From an uncultured Gammaproteobacteria bacterium (lineage in GTDB: Bacteria > Pseudomonadota > Gammaproteobacteria > JAADHQ01): 64,000 nt of DNA. Location: the NCBI GenBank assembly GCA_947258655.1, contig CAMYJD010000021.1, forward strand, positions 8,476-72,475, in the 5' to 3' direction. The translations under genes were made by a program, and so were the position numbers. Under the pieces are notes generated by a model that saw only the letters and a program-made list of their open reading frames with translations, was not told where the DNA came from and did no database searches. Below, in pieces: positions 18,563 to 27,837 of the stretch; positions within the stretch are counted from its first letter, which is position 1, and the number at the start of each line of letters is the position of its first letter.

Positions 18563-18886
18563 TCAAGCTGCTTGTGGTTCATGAGTCATACATTTTTTAG
18601 GACAGACACGCGAACAGGCTTCGCAGCCGATACAGTCCATCATGTTCTTGATAGCCATCACCATCGAGGTATCATCGGAAAACCCATCATCGTCATCATA
18701 GTAGTCATCGTCATCAAGATCTTCGTCTGCCGCGTCCATATCTTCGCGATCCACAAGCTCGAAGACATCACGGGGGCAAGCCTTGTAACAGCGCCCACAA
18801 CCGATACAGTTACCCTGATTCAGATCAATAATGAAGGCAGGAACCCATTCAATTCCGCCTCTCGTTACACCCGTTATATTACCCAT
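18563..18886 (-). CDS. fdxB: Ferredoxin III, nif-specific (2x[4Fe-4S])
   Basis: 107 aa. TRGG..W.P.F; CIGCGRCYKACP and CIGCEACSRVCP separated by an acidic insert. Confidence 0.85.
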   Translation of the reverse strand: MGNITGVTRGGIEWVPAFIIDLNQGNCIGCGRCYKACPRDVFELVDREDMDAADEDLDDDDYYDDDDGFSDDTSMVMAIKNMMDCIGCEACSRVCPKKCMTHEPQAA

Positions 18887-18975
18887 GACTTTTGCTCTCT
18901 ATTTAAACATTTATACGACAATGACACGGCAAGATACTGGAGCATTCTATCGAGTCCAGTATTAATCGCGCCCTT

Positions 18976-19194
18976 TTACTCCGCATTTGCCGCTTCTGCT
19001 GCCTCATATTCTGCATTCTTGACAGACCAGTCCTTACAGGCCTCATAACAGGCTTCTGCAATTCCCGGAATATCCTCAAAGGCTGATGGTAGACGATCTT
19101 CAACAAGATCATGCAGCTCACCTGCTTTCTCTGTGGCAATTCGTTTGGCCTTGCGGACCTCTTTTTGCAAGGCCTTCAGTTCTTCGGGTGTCAT
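18976..19194 (-). CDS. Rop-like/DUF683 nitrogen-fixation-associated small protein
   Basis: 72 aa. ELK.L..E.RK.K..A...A..LHDL.ED.LP; conserved position after DUF269. Confidence 0.7.
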   Translation of the reverse strand: MTPEELKALQKEVRKAKRIATEKAGELHDLVEDRLPSAFEDIPGIAEACYEACKDWSVKNAEYEAAEAANAE

Positions 19195-19202
19195 AATACC
19201 TC

Positions 19203-19676
19203 CTACAATCCAGCGACTTCGCTATACTTACCAACAATTTCAAGTGCTACTGAAAGCAATTTATCAACTTCATCTTTCATTTTGGACAGGGAAGGAAAAC
19301 CAAAACGATGAACATCACGAAGCACCTTGTCCATCACCACCAGTTTTCCTACCGTAATAATGGCACGTCCGAAACCCTCATGACTAAGATTGAGCATGGG
19401 TACAGCCATTTTTCCGCATTCTTTTTCGATCATTGTGGCAATCGCATTGTAAAACGCCTTGACTCTGGCCAGGGTAATTTCATCCGGATCACCAACCACT
19501 GGAATCTCACGTCTCATTTCCTTGGTGAGCACGAAAGGCTCCAGTATTTTTGAGACCGGCCAGTCATCGTAGGTGCCATAACTATCGATAGCGCGCATCT
19601 GGCGTACCATTTCCACGGCAAAATCCGTCTCAAGAATTGGATCATCTTCTTCAATAAGTAATGCTGCTCCACTCAT
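19203..19676 (-). CDS. NifX-associated nitrogen fixation protein (DUF269)
   Basis: 157 aa. F..E.VRQ.RA.D..G......D..IL.PF...KE.RR.IP..GDPD and HEGFGR motifs. Confidence 0.85.
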   Translation of the reverse strand: MSGAALLIEEDDPILETDFAVEMVRQMRAIDSYGTYDDWPVSKILEPFVLTKEMRREIPVVGDPDEITLARVKAFYNAIATMIEKECGKMAVPMLNLSHEGFGRAIITVGKLVVMDKVLRDVHRFGFPSLSKMKDEVDKLLSVALEIVGKYSEVAGL

Positions 19677-20131
19677 GTCATTCCTCCTGCATTTGTTGTA
19701 GGTGTAACAAGATTACGACTTGTTACCTTGTGTAGCAGCAGCACGGGACAATCACCTCCGGCACTCCTGCGTACGATAAAAAAACCGGTCAAAAGCGCTA
19801 TCAATCCTGCCACCGCTATGAGCCCCTGAGATTCTGTATAATTTCCAACAACTACGGCTGCTATCAGCATAAGCAGCACAGGAATAATGTAAACCACAAA
19901 AGAGGATCTGATCAGGTCAACCTCATCAATTCCGATCATCACTTTCTCACCCATCTGCACATCAATCGTCCTGGGAAGAATGATACGATTTTTCCTGTTC
20001 ATCCATTTGTCCAGCGCTGATGTGCCGCAAGTATTACTTACGCTACAATGTTGGCAGGCGCTGGTCCTTTTAGCCTCAACCTGGACATATCTGTCATTCA
20101 GCGCAACGACTTCTACCTCACGTTCGATCAA
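19673..20131 (-). CDS. RseC/MucC-family (SoxR-reducing-system) membrane protein
   Basis: 152 aa. N-terminal Cys motif ACQHCSVSNTCG followed by two TM helices, the same architecture as E. coli RseC. Confidence 0.7.
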   Translation of the reverse strand: MIEREVEVVALNDRYVQVEAKRTSACQHCSVSNTCGTSALDKWMNRKNRIILPRTIDVQMGEKVMIGIDEVDLIRSSFVVYIIPVLLMLIAAVVVGNYTESQGLIAVAGLIALLTGFFIVRRSAGGDCPVLLLHKVTSRNLVTPTTNAGGMT

Positions 20132-20133
20132 GC

Positions 20134-20622
20134 CTATTCCTCCCAGCCTTCCGCTTCCATATCATCAAAACGGTTCGGGTTTGAAGGCTTTTGTGATTCA
20201 ATGGCACGTGCTAGCCATGTTCCCGGACCTGAGGCCATCTCTTCCTGAAGAGACTCAAGCAAGTCGCTGATACTTGCACCGGCGCTAACCTTGACCGGCT
20301 GAATACCTCTAGCCTTGAGCTGGCCAACAGCCGATGCACCCACTGCCTGGGAATACACTGCGATACAACCTTCCAATGCATCCAGTTTCACCGTTAGCTT
20401 GTCTTCATTACCATCCTGATCAAGCTGTCCAAACTGTATTGCTTCCAGCAGACTGGTCTTTTCCATGTCAATGGCATAAACAGCAAAGGCCTCGGCAGAA
20501 CCAAAATGCTGGTTCACATGTTTCATATCTGTGGTCGCAAACGCTACCTTCAGAGCAGTATTCAAACTGTCCTCGCTAGTGTCGGAATCCACGATCTTCA
20601 GATGTCTCTGATGTTGTGTCAT
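20134..20622 (-). CDS. nifX: NifX
   Basis: [26 protein letters not shown] opening of the NifX domain. I chose the ATG at 20622, which overlaps the nifN 3' end by 47 nt; the exact start is uncertain. Confidence 0.85.
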   Translation of the reverse strand: MTQHQRHLKIVDSDTSEDSLNTALKVAFATTDMKHVNQHFGSAEAFAVYAIDMEKTSLLEAIQFGQLDQDGNEDKLTVKLDALEGCIAVYSQAVGASAVGQLKARGIQPVKVSAGASISDLLESLQEEMASGPGTWLARAIESQKPSNPNRFDDMEAEGWEE

Positions 20623-21991
20623 TCTGATACTCCGGCTTCTGTGCATATATAGAACGATATGGATGAATTTCACCGCGTTCGAGTGTCAACAAGGTATTGG
20701 CCAGGTCGAAAAGGGTCTGTCGTGTTCCCTGATAACCAATCCAGACCCGTTGATAGCCACCAAGCAGATCATATTGAGGAAAACCGGCACGTAATAATGG
20801 CAAACCCAGTCTCCTCGAAGATTCGACTGCATGTGAATTACTGATGATCATTTCGGCTGCATTTGTTCTGGCCAACTTTTCCATTTCTTCAAGATCACCA
20901 ATGCTAACTTTTTCTGCTGCCAGTTTTTTCAATGCGGGAGCATTGACAGGTGCTACAGCTGCTACGGTTTCGCCTCCCATCGAGGCCAGCAGATGTGAAA
21001 AGGCATTCAATAGATCAGGGTCAGCAGCAATCGCAAATCGAGTCATACCGAGCATAAAATGCGTATCCAGCATTGCATCCTGTAACTGGGCACGACTGCG
21101 TTCTAATTTTTCCGGGACCTCATTACCGCTGATCTCGACCAGGGCATTAACAAATTCGTCTACAGCATCCAGGCCCATCAGATGATCAAAACGCCAGTCC
21201 GGAACACCGGTGCGCTTGTTTAGCAAATCGGCCGACTTGAACATGGAAGTGCCAATGACAACAGTAGCTGTCGAGTCACCCAGATTCGCAAACTCGGATA
21301 CTGATGTGCCGCCAATCGTCAGCGGACTGAAATCCTGTTCTGCCAGGTGTCCATCGAGTGAATCAGAGAGATCCGGAATCACTAATGGTCTAAGCCCGAA
21401 CGATTCGATCATCTCCTTGATAGCTTCAAGGTCTCCTGGAGTGTGAGAAGAACCGGCAAGGACCGTTACTTGCCGATGCCTCTTACCGGGTTTGGTACCT
21501 GCCTTTTCTGCCTCTGGCACCAACACATCAATCATCGCCTCTGTCGCCAGGGCAAAACCGGTTTCGAGACAGCCTGTGAAATCCGGAGTCGAGACCGGAA
21601 TACAGGGAACATGATCGTACTCAGGATACTTTTCCCGGAACATCCCGATTGCCATTTTTATATCACTACCCTGTGTTTCTGCCAGCCCGGTAGTAGGTAC
21701 ACCGATCAGATCGGGCTTGGTTTTCTCACAGATGGTTTTCAAGCCTTCAACGACATTATCATCAGAACCCATCACCGAACTGACCTGATCCATAGCTGTG
21801 GTTTGCAATGGTATCGGCTCACGGAAATGCCTGACAAAGAAGACCTTGCCAAAAGCTGTACAACCCTGTGACCCGTGCAACATTGGCATCGACCGGTGAA
21901 AACCCAGAAAGGCCAGCGCAGCTCCAATAGTCTGACTTGATTTCAGTGGATTGACTGACAATGCCTTTTTACGCTTCAGTATCTCTACCAT
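20576..21991 (-). CDS. nifN: NifN, FeMo-cofactor biosynthesis scaffold subunit
   Basis: 471 aa. LSVNPLK.S...GA.LA.LG......L.HG.QGCT start. Follows nifE with a 2-nt gap. Confidence 0.95.
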   Translation of the reverse strand: MVEILKRKKALSVNPLKSSQTIGAALAFLGFHRSMPMLHGSQGCTAFGKVFFVRHFREPIPLQTTAMDQVSSVMGSDDNVVEGLKTICEKTKPDLIGVPTTGLAETQGSDIKMAIGMFREKYPEYDHVPCIPVSTPDFTGCLETGFALATEAMIDVLVPEAEKAGTKPGKRHRQVTVLAGSSHTPGDLEAIKEMIESFGLRPLVIPDLSDSLDGHLAEQDFSPLTIGGTSVSEFANLGDSTATVVIGTSMFKSADLLNKRTGVPDWRFDHLMGLDAVDEFVNALVEISGNEVPEKLERSRAQLQDAMLDTHFMLGMTRFAIAADPDLLNAFSHLLASMGGETVAAVAPVNAPALKKLAAEKVSIGDLEEMEKLARTNAAEMIISNSHAVESSRRLGLPLLRAGFPQYDLLGGYQRVWIGYQGTRQTLFDLANTLLTLERGEIHPYRSIYAQKPEYQNDTTSETSEDRGFRH

Positions 21992-21993
21992 CG

Positions 21994-23409
21994 TTATACC
22001 TCCACTCCGGCAGCCTTCAGCATTTTACCCTTCCAGGGTGAGGGCCTCCGAACTGCCTCCCATATTGGACATTCAAGGGTCAATGCCATTTGTCTGGCAA
22101 GCTCAATCATCCCGCTATAACCTTCGTAACCAAAATCACGCTCCTGGTTAATATCCAGGAATGGAATACGTGCCTTGAGTGCGGTGTACATGTTTCGACC
22201 GCCTGCAATCAGGATATCTACATGCTCATCCCTGACCAACTTTATCAACGCACGCGGGTTCCCGTCCTCCAGCATCTTCACATCTTCTCCCATTAGCTCG
22301 CGAATACGCGCCTTGTCTTCCTCGGTTGATTTTTTGGTACCGGTAGCCACTACATGCATACCCAGATCCTGCAAGGCTGAAATGATTGACCAGGATTTCA
22401 CACCGCCGGTATACAGGAGCACGCGTTTACCCCGGAGACGCTCACGCCAGGGTTCCAGCGCCTGGTTGATTTTTGCTTCCTCTCTGGTGATCAGCTCTTC
22501 AGTGCGTTGTATCAGATCAGGGTCATCGATCAGACGTGCAAAATCTCTCAGAGCTTTCGAGACATCGGTTACACCGTAGAAGCTGCCTTCAAACCATGCA
22601 GTACCAAAAGTATCCTGCAGTTTGCGGGCAACATTGATCATGGCCTTGGAACAGACCATCATATTGACTTCGGCACGATGCATGGTTTGTACTTCGCGGA
22701 AACGGGCATCACCGGACAGCGTACATAAAATCCTGATGCCCAGCTCATCGAGTAGTGGCAGGACATGCCATAACTCACCGGCGATGTTGTACTCGCCGAT
22801 CAGGTTTACATCATGTACCTTGATATCCTGTTTTCCGGTTTCTTCTGGCAGGGGATCAGGTTCGCGTGTCCCCATGACATACTTGACCATCGCTTCGCCG
22901 GCTATCCTGTTACCCAGATTCTTGGTACCATAAAAACCGGCGGCATCTACCGGCACGACCGGTACACCCCATTTCTCCGCAGCCGATTTACACACAGCAT
23001 CGACATCGTCACCGACCAGGGCAGGTACACAAGTGTTATAGACAAATACGGCTGCAGGCTGATAGCTGTCAATCGCCTGCTTGATGGAGTGAAAAAGACG
23101 TTTCTCGCCACGGCCCATTATCACGTCCTGTTCGGTAAGGTCTGTCGTCATACCTATCTTGTACAGGGTCGGACCGGATGAACGCGTACCACGGTTATCC
23201 CAGGAACTACCGGCACAGGCAATCGAGCCATGGACAATATGAGCGACATCGGCGATCGGTAACAAGGCAATCTGCGCCCCATCAAAGGCGCAACCACCGG
23301 CGGTAGAACCCGGTTTGGGTTTGGCACAACCTGATTTGGATTTCTTGTTGTGCGTACAGGCTGGTTCATCAAGCAGGGCGGCTATGTCTTTTTGTTTCAT
23401 GAATGGCAC
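21994..23409 (-). CDS. nifE: NifE, FeMo-cofactor biosynthesis scaffold subunit
   Basis: 471 aa. [16 protein letters not shown] and NifD-like fold motifs. Confidence 0.95.
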   Translation of the reverse strand: MPFMKQKDIAALLDEPACTHNKKSKSGCAKPKPGSTAGGCAFDGAQIALLPIADVAHIVHGSIACAGSSWDNRGTRSSGPTLYKIGMTTDLTEQDVIMGRGEKRLFHSIKQAIDSYQPAAVFVYNTCVPALVGDDVDAVCKSAAEKWGVPVVPVDAAGFYGTKNLGNRIAGEAMVKYVMGTREPDPLPEETGKQDIKVHDVNLIGEYNIAGELWHVLPLLDELGIRILCTLSGDARFREVQTMHRAEVNMMVCSKAMINVARKLQDTFGTAWFEGSFYGVTDVSKALRDFARLIDDPDLIQRTEELITREEAKINQALEPWRERLRGKRVLLYTGGVKSWSIISALQDLGMHVVATGTKKSTEEDKARIRELMGEDVKMLEDGNPRALIKLVRDEHVDILIAGGRNMYTALKARIPFLDINQERDFGYEGYSGMIELARQMALTLECPIWEAVRRPSPWKGKMLKAAGVEV

Positions 23410-23438
23410 CGGTTTCGGATAATATTAACCAGTATTAA

Positions 23439-23454
23439 TGCAACCGCTGTGCCA
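23439..23454 (-). promoter_or_regulatory. Sigma-54 promoter of nifENX (TGGCAC-N5-TTGCA)
   Basis: Minus strand reads TTGGCACAGCGGTTGCAT, 30 nt upstream of the nifE ATG. Confidence 0.75.
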
Positions 23455-23499
23455 AACAGGAAAACCTATAAATAACAGAGTGTTAAATTAGTTATGCCT

Positions 23500-23515
23500 T
23501 GTAGTATTTACGACA
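23500..23515. promoter_or_regulatory. NifA-type UAS
   Basis: TGTAGTATTTACGACA, about 50-60 nt upstream of the -24 element. Confidence 0.55.
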
Positions 23516-23553
23516 AACAGCAACACAGGGTGATATAACAGACATTTGTGCAT

Positions 23554-24543
23554 TCACAGACTATACGGATTGTCGTACCAATCGATCAGGATTCGCAGGT
23601 CTCTTTGTGGCAGGTAGGCATAGGCACCCATCAAGTCCTGGTGGATGGATTCAGCCACATGATAGGAAACTGACATGTGCGTCAACATAAAGAAAAACCA
23701 GGCCATCGGGTAACCCACTTGACGATCAAAATCATGAATCAGAATGGCGAGTTTTGAGCCTCGCGGCAAAGGTAATTGATTAAGTTCGGGAGGATTGTTC
23801 ACACAGGTCGTTATCGGCTTGACGGACACCCCGGGTTCACCATAAGCATCGGTAAATTCACGCATGCCGAGTACCCAGTGATGGCAGAATAACGCATGCT
23901 CGGATGCACTACTGTTATCCCAGGATTGCAGGAAGCGTTCGATGTTCGATTTTCCCTCATGAATGGCAGCGAGATTAGTAATGAACTCTGCTACCGAGGT
24001 AATTCTGCGAAAGATATAACGTGGACCGGCAATTTCCTTTGTCTCTGCAAAAGCATATTCCATCGGATCGATAATATCTTCCAGACTGTCCGGTAGCTCA
24101 TCATCAGAAATCAGGCGCCTTTCGACCATCTCCTGCACTGCCTCTACTTCAAGCTGCAAAAAATCACAGGCCCTGGGGCCGGTACTGGCTACCAGATAAT
24201 GGGTCTCTCCCTGAAAACGGGTAATGTAATAATCCGATTCGAGATAGTTATCCAGGAAATTTTGCACACTACCATCGGCTTCTTTGACAACCCATTCTTC
24301 CAGATGATCGGCAATACGTGATCCATCACGATCGACTACACCACCCATACGGTGCCATCCACCCCGACTGATCATTAGCTGAAATTCATACTCTGGAATG
24401 GCCTGCTGCAAACTGTTTAGCAAAGCCGCATGATCCGCTACCGGAACAGCACAATGGCAGGCTTTCTTGACGACATCGGCAATATCTGGTGAAGCAGACC
24501 AGTTACACAGCAAATCAGTCATATCATATTCCCTGACAGGCAA
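23554..24543 (-). CDS. Hypothetical protein (329 aa; alternative ATG at 24522)
   Basis: Long ORF tightly coupled to the upstream TrpD2-like gene. No recognised motif. Confidence 0.6.
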   Translation of the reverse strand: MPVREYDMTDLLCNWSASPDIADVVKKACHCAVPVADHAALLNSLQQAIPEYEFQLMISRGGWHRMGGVVDRDGSRIADHLEEWVVKEADGSVQNFLDNYLESDYYITRFQGETHYLVASTGPRACDFLQLEVEAVQEMVERRLISDDELPDSLEDIIDPMEYAFAETKEIAGPRYIFRRITSVAEFITNLAAIHEGKSNIERFLQSWDNSSASEHALFCHHWVLGMREFTDAYGEPGVSVKPITTCVNNPPELNQLPLPRGSKLAILIHDFDRQVGYPMAWFFFMLTHMSVSYHVAESIHQDLMGAYAYLPQRDLRILIDWYDNPYSL

Positions 24544-25570
24544 CAGGCCCCTTCAATGCTGTAGTATGTCGCGCATTCCACATTTGCATAGCCCTGGCCG
24601 TAGCATCTTCTTCATTTGCACATATCCCGAGCGTGCGCAACACGATAGCTACCGTACCCGTCACTGCCAGTTCCCCGTATTTATCCTCGGATGATCCCAG
24701 CCATACTGACTTGAAGTGTGCAAGGCCCATGGATGTTTCCTGACTGTATTTTCCCGGGGGCAGCATTGCCGGCCATGATTCTTCCCAGGCTTCCCCATTG
24801 CTTATGCCGGTGAGATTACAATTGCGGTCAGGAGCACGCTCGGCTTCTCCACCTTCACCACGAAAAGCAATCAGCGCTGGTTGTTCAAGTATGAGTCCTG
24901 CTTGTTGATGGACCTGTGCATAGTTGGGATGAAAAACGCCTTGCATCATCAGCGGTGCAGACAAAGGATTCAGCATTCGTACCACGGTATTAATCGGCGA
25001 CCGTAGACCTAGTAATGTACGGGTCTCCATTAACTCGGCTGTTACAGGTGACAGGTTACCTATTTTCATGTAGGCAAAACCACCCTGTTTAATATATGCA
25101 ACAGCCTCGGACAGTGATTTACTATCGCAGATTTCAAGGGCTTTCAGCGCCTCCTCCGAGTACAGACGTTCATCATCTCTGGATAATCCATGCATGAAGA
25201 CCGGGTAGCCATTGCGCCCGAGTAATACAGCAGCAAGAACGAACCAGGGTAATTGCCTGCGTTTACCGGCATAGGCAGGCCAGTCGATACAGACTTCTGC
25301 ATTCCCGGCAGGCTTAACCATACTCTCTCTCAATGCCATCGCAAATCCCGCCAGTTCATCCGGTGTCTCTTCCTTGACACGCAGTAATGACATAAAGGCA
25401 CCCAGTTGCTCCGGCTCAACCTCATAGCGAGCGAACAGACTCATGGCCTCATAGGCTTCTTGTCGGGTCAGCGACCGCATACCATTTCGGCCTTTACCAA
25501 GAATTTTTATGAATCTTGCAAACGGATGCTCTTCAACTGTCATAATCTTTATCACTACTGGTGGATTCAT
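24524..25570 (-). CDS. Anthranilate phosphoribosyltransferase-like (glycosyl transferase family 3, TrpD2/YbiB-like) protein
   Basis: 348 aa. The N-terminal helical domain (L...EA..AM..........Q.GAF...LR.K.ET..ELAGF) followed by a nucleoside-phosphorylase-like fold is typical of TrpD paralogues. The start may be the ATG at 25543. Confidence 0.65.
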   Translation of the reverse strand: MNPPVVIKIMTVEEHPFARFIKILGKGRNGMRSLTRQEAYEAMSLFARYEVEPEQLGAFMSLLRVKEETPDELAGFAMALRESMVKPAGNAEVCIDWPAYAGKRRQLPWFVLAAVLLGRNGYPVFMHGLSRDDERLYSEEALKALEICDSKSLSEAVAYIKQGGFAYMKIGNLSPVTAELMETRTLLGLRSPINTVVRMLNPLSAPLMMQGVFHPNYAQVHQQAGLILEQPALIAFRGEGGEAERAPDRNCNLTGISNGEAWEESWPAMLPPGKYSQETSMGLAHFKSVWLGSSEDKYGELAVTGTVAIVLRTLGICANEEDATARAMQMWNARHTTALKGPVACQGI

Positions 25571-26309
25571 TAATTCTCATTAGCGCTATTTCTCGAATGT
25601 CCTGATCTTCATCATTCACATAATCGTGTAAAACTGAAACTGGCACGCGTTCAATAGCGGCTATGCGTACCCGCCAATCTGAATCATGTAACATTCCAGT
25701 GGCTACATCCGGGTCTATTCTACTGGCAACAATACTCCGCACCTCCGGTTCCGGATCATCTTTCATCAAGACGAGGCTCTCTCGAGGTAGTCGTTCGGCA
25801 ACGGTTGTTCTCACTTCCCGGTCACGATCCATAATCATACGAAACAACCGTCCCGCGGGTAATCGTCTTGCGACATAGACACGAACCAGGTAATCCTGAT
25901 CATCGGCAAGGCGCTCAAGCATATCCAGCCTTATGCGATCCGCGATCGTTAATCTTACTTCACGGTCCGTATCATTCATCAGTACATCAAGCTTGTCTAT
26001 GGGCAATCGATATGCCAACACCCGCCTGACGACTTCGTCCGGATCATCCAGCATGGTCAGTAGCCGCTGTTGAGAGATATAACGTGCGGCTATGGCCCTG
26101 CGTTCCCAGAAATCATCTCCGGTATAATCGACTGCAAGCGCCGGATTTTCACGAAAAAAACGTTCTATCTGCCTTCCACTCATGGCAAGGACACAGGTAT
26201 CACCTGGCGCACATCGTCCTGCCAACAATGTTGTCGCTCGATGAGGACATTTTTTACAATCTGCTTTTGGTGTCAGATCACCATCACTGACTTCCTCGGA
26301 CATACCCAT
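25533..26309 (-). CDS. 4Fe-4S leucine-rich-repeat-variant (LRV) protein
   Basis: 258 aa. An N-terminal Cys cluster (CKKCPHR......GRCAPGDTC) is followed by ~8 repeats of the D.D..VR..VA.RL type, as in the A. vinelandii nif-region LRV protein. Confidence 0.75.
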   Translation of the reverse strand: MGMSEEVSDGDLTPKADCKKCPHRATTLLAGRCAPGDTCVLAMSGRQIERFFRENPALAVDYTGDDFWERRAIAARYISQQRLLTMLDDPDEVVRRVLAYRLPIDKLDVLMNDTDREVRLTIADRIRLDMLERLADDQDYLVRVYVARRLPAGRLFRMIMDRDREVRTTVAERLPRESLVLMKDDPEPEVRSIVASRIDPDVATGMLHDSDWRVRIAAIERVPVSVLHDYVNDEDQDIREIALMRINESTSSDKDYDS

Positions 26310-26575
26310 TATTCTTCTTCACATTCGGCTATGACCACACCCGTTGCTGCATCAAAACTGGAAGTAAATGAAATACAGTGATTGCTATTATCGACAAGAT
26401 ATAGAAAAAATTCGTTGTTTTCATAGACTGGTTTCGCCTGGTGCACATCATCTTCCGAACAAAAGGTAAAATGAATATCCGGCCAGATACTGCGTAACTT
26501 TCCGGTAATAGTGCCATCCAGTGTTGATTCCTGCACCTTGCCGGCAATCTTCTCTATCACATCTTGTTGGATCAT
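26309..26575 (-). CDS. Small conserved nif-cluster protein of unknown function
   Basis: 88 aa from MIQQDV, with GGAGGG 10 nt upstream. TAATG coupling to the LRV gene. Confidence 0.55.
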   Translation of the reverse strand: MIQQDVIEKIAGKVQESTLDGTITGKLRSIWPDIHFTFCSEDDVHQAKPVYENNEFFLYLVDNSNHCISFTSSFDAATGVVIAECEEE

Positions 26576-26579
26576 AGTT

Positions 26580-27290
26580 TCAACCCTCCGCTTCACTACG
26601 TTCAAATCTGACCCGGTCCTCAGCATTCTGCCCCATTACTTTTGCCAGCCACGGTGGCGGCGTTCCTGAAATAATATCCTGTAGTGCCTGCATTCTTTCT
26701 CTGGCAGGACCACCAGAAGGATATTTGATTGGATGGATGCCCGCCCTGACAACCTTGGCAGCAGCAGGTCCGCCTATTGATACAACAAACAGGACCTGAC
26801 AGTCGCTTACCAGATTTGTACGAAAAACATTCTTGTCATCACGAGATTCCGGACCGGTTGCGTTACGTGCATCAATCAGACGTATCTCTTCCTTACTGAC
26901 CTGGTAGATCAGAAATCGCTTACAGGAACCAAAATGCCCGTCCAGCTCTTCATCTTTGTTAGATGCACAGGCTATTCGTAATGAACCCGGCATATCGCCA
27001 TTTTCATATGCGTCGAAATCCGGAAGCGAATCCTGCAACACTTCGTCTGCATTTCCGGATAATATTTGCAACGCATTTTTCAGTGAGTCGGTATCAATAC
27101 CCGAGAATTCACCATCACATGCCTGCCGAAGGGATTTTAATTTCAGGCTTGCGAGTTTTTTACTGGTAGGAGGAAGACCCACCGCATCATCCAATACTTT
27201 GATCAAACGTGCTGGATCAGTATCCGGCAGAACGCGTGATGCAAGCGCGATACGGAGTGCAATCTCTTTTGATATTGGTGTACTACTCAT
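26580..27290 (-). CDS. nifY: NifY/NafY-type FeMo-cofactor carrier
   Basis: 236 aa. N-terminal NafY-N domain (ALRIALASRVLPD.DP..L..VL), linker, and C-terminal NifX-like domain (HFGSCKRFLIYQV). Confidence 0.85.
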   Translation of the reverse strand: MSSTPISKEIALRIALASRVLPDTDPARLIKVLDDAVGLPPTSKKLASLKLKSLRQACDGEFSGIDTDSLKNALQILSGNADEVLQDSLPDFDAYENGDMPGSLRIACASNKDEELDGHFGSCKRFLIYQVSKEEIRLIDARNATGPESRDDKNVFRTNLVSDCQVLFVVSIGGPAAAKVVRAGIHPIKYPSGGPARERMQALQDIISGTPPPWLAKVMGQNAEDRVRFERSEAEG

Positions 27291-27356
27291 ATTTATTTAC
27301 CACCCTGATCCGACAGGGGTGTGAAAAACCCCGTCGTTATGCCAGGCCTTTCTGAA

Positions 27357-27551
27357 TCACGCAGGAACGATACAGTCGTCTTCCATACAGACATCCAGGC
27401 ATTGTGGTGCATCAAAGTCACCTTCGCATTCAGTACAGGTTTCTTCCTTTATAGCAAACAAACCCTTATGTGGATAAATTGAATCTGTGGGGCAAACCGG
27501 TTCGCAGTCACCACAGGCAGTACAAAGTTCAGCTACTATCTTTAAAGCCAT
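27357..27551 (-). CDS. Small 2x[4Fe-4S]-type ferredoxin
   Basis: 64 aa from MALKIV, with GGAG upstream. CTACGDCEPVCP and CTECEGDFDAPQC..VC. Confidence 0.8.
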   Translation of the reverse strand: MALKIVAELCTACGDCEPVCPTDSIYPHKGLFAIKEETCTECEGDFDAPQCLDVCMEDDCIVPA

Positions 27552-27571
27552 GATCAGTTCTCCTAAAACAA

Positions 27572-27784
27572 TCAACCACGTTTAAAACGAAGCGTAGTTG
27601 GAAATTCCGGCGGTGGGCTCATGGGATCTATATAATATTTCGAACCATCCGTCAGTTCTATATCACCACCCCACTGTTCTTCAGTATCGATTTCTACGGT
27701 AGCTATGGTATCTTCCTGATCTTTCTTCGCTATGTAGAACAGCAGCCCACCATCATCTTTACGTCTTATCATTACATTTGGCAT
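27572..27784 (-). CDS. nifT: NifT/FixU
   Basis: 70 aa. MPNVMIR....G.L.FY..KKD.E..I...E......WGG...L..G..Y.I.P. Confidence 0.9.
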   Translation of the reverse strand: MPNVMIRRKDDGGLLFYIAKKDQEDTIATVEIDTEEQWGGDIELTDGSKYYIDPMSPPPEFPTTLRFKRG

Positions 27785-27837
27785 GAAAAACTCCTAACAA
27801 CCCGCCGCCCCACGACTGTGGGGCAGCGATTGCAACA

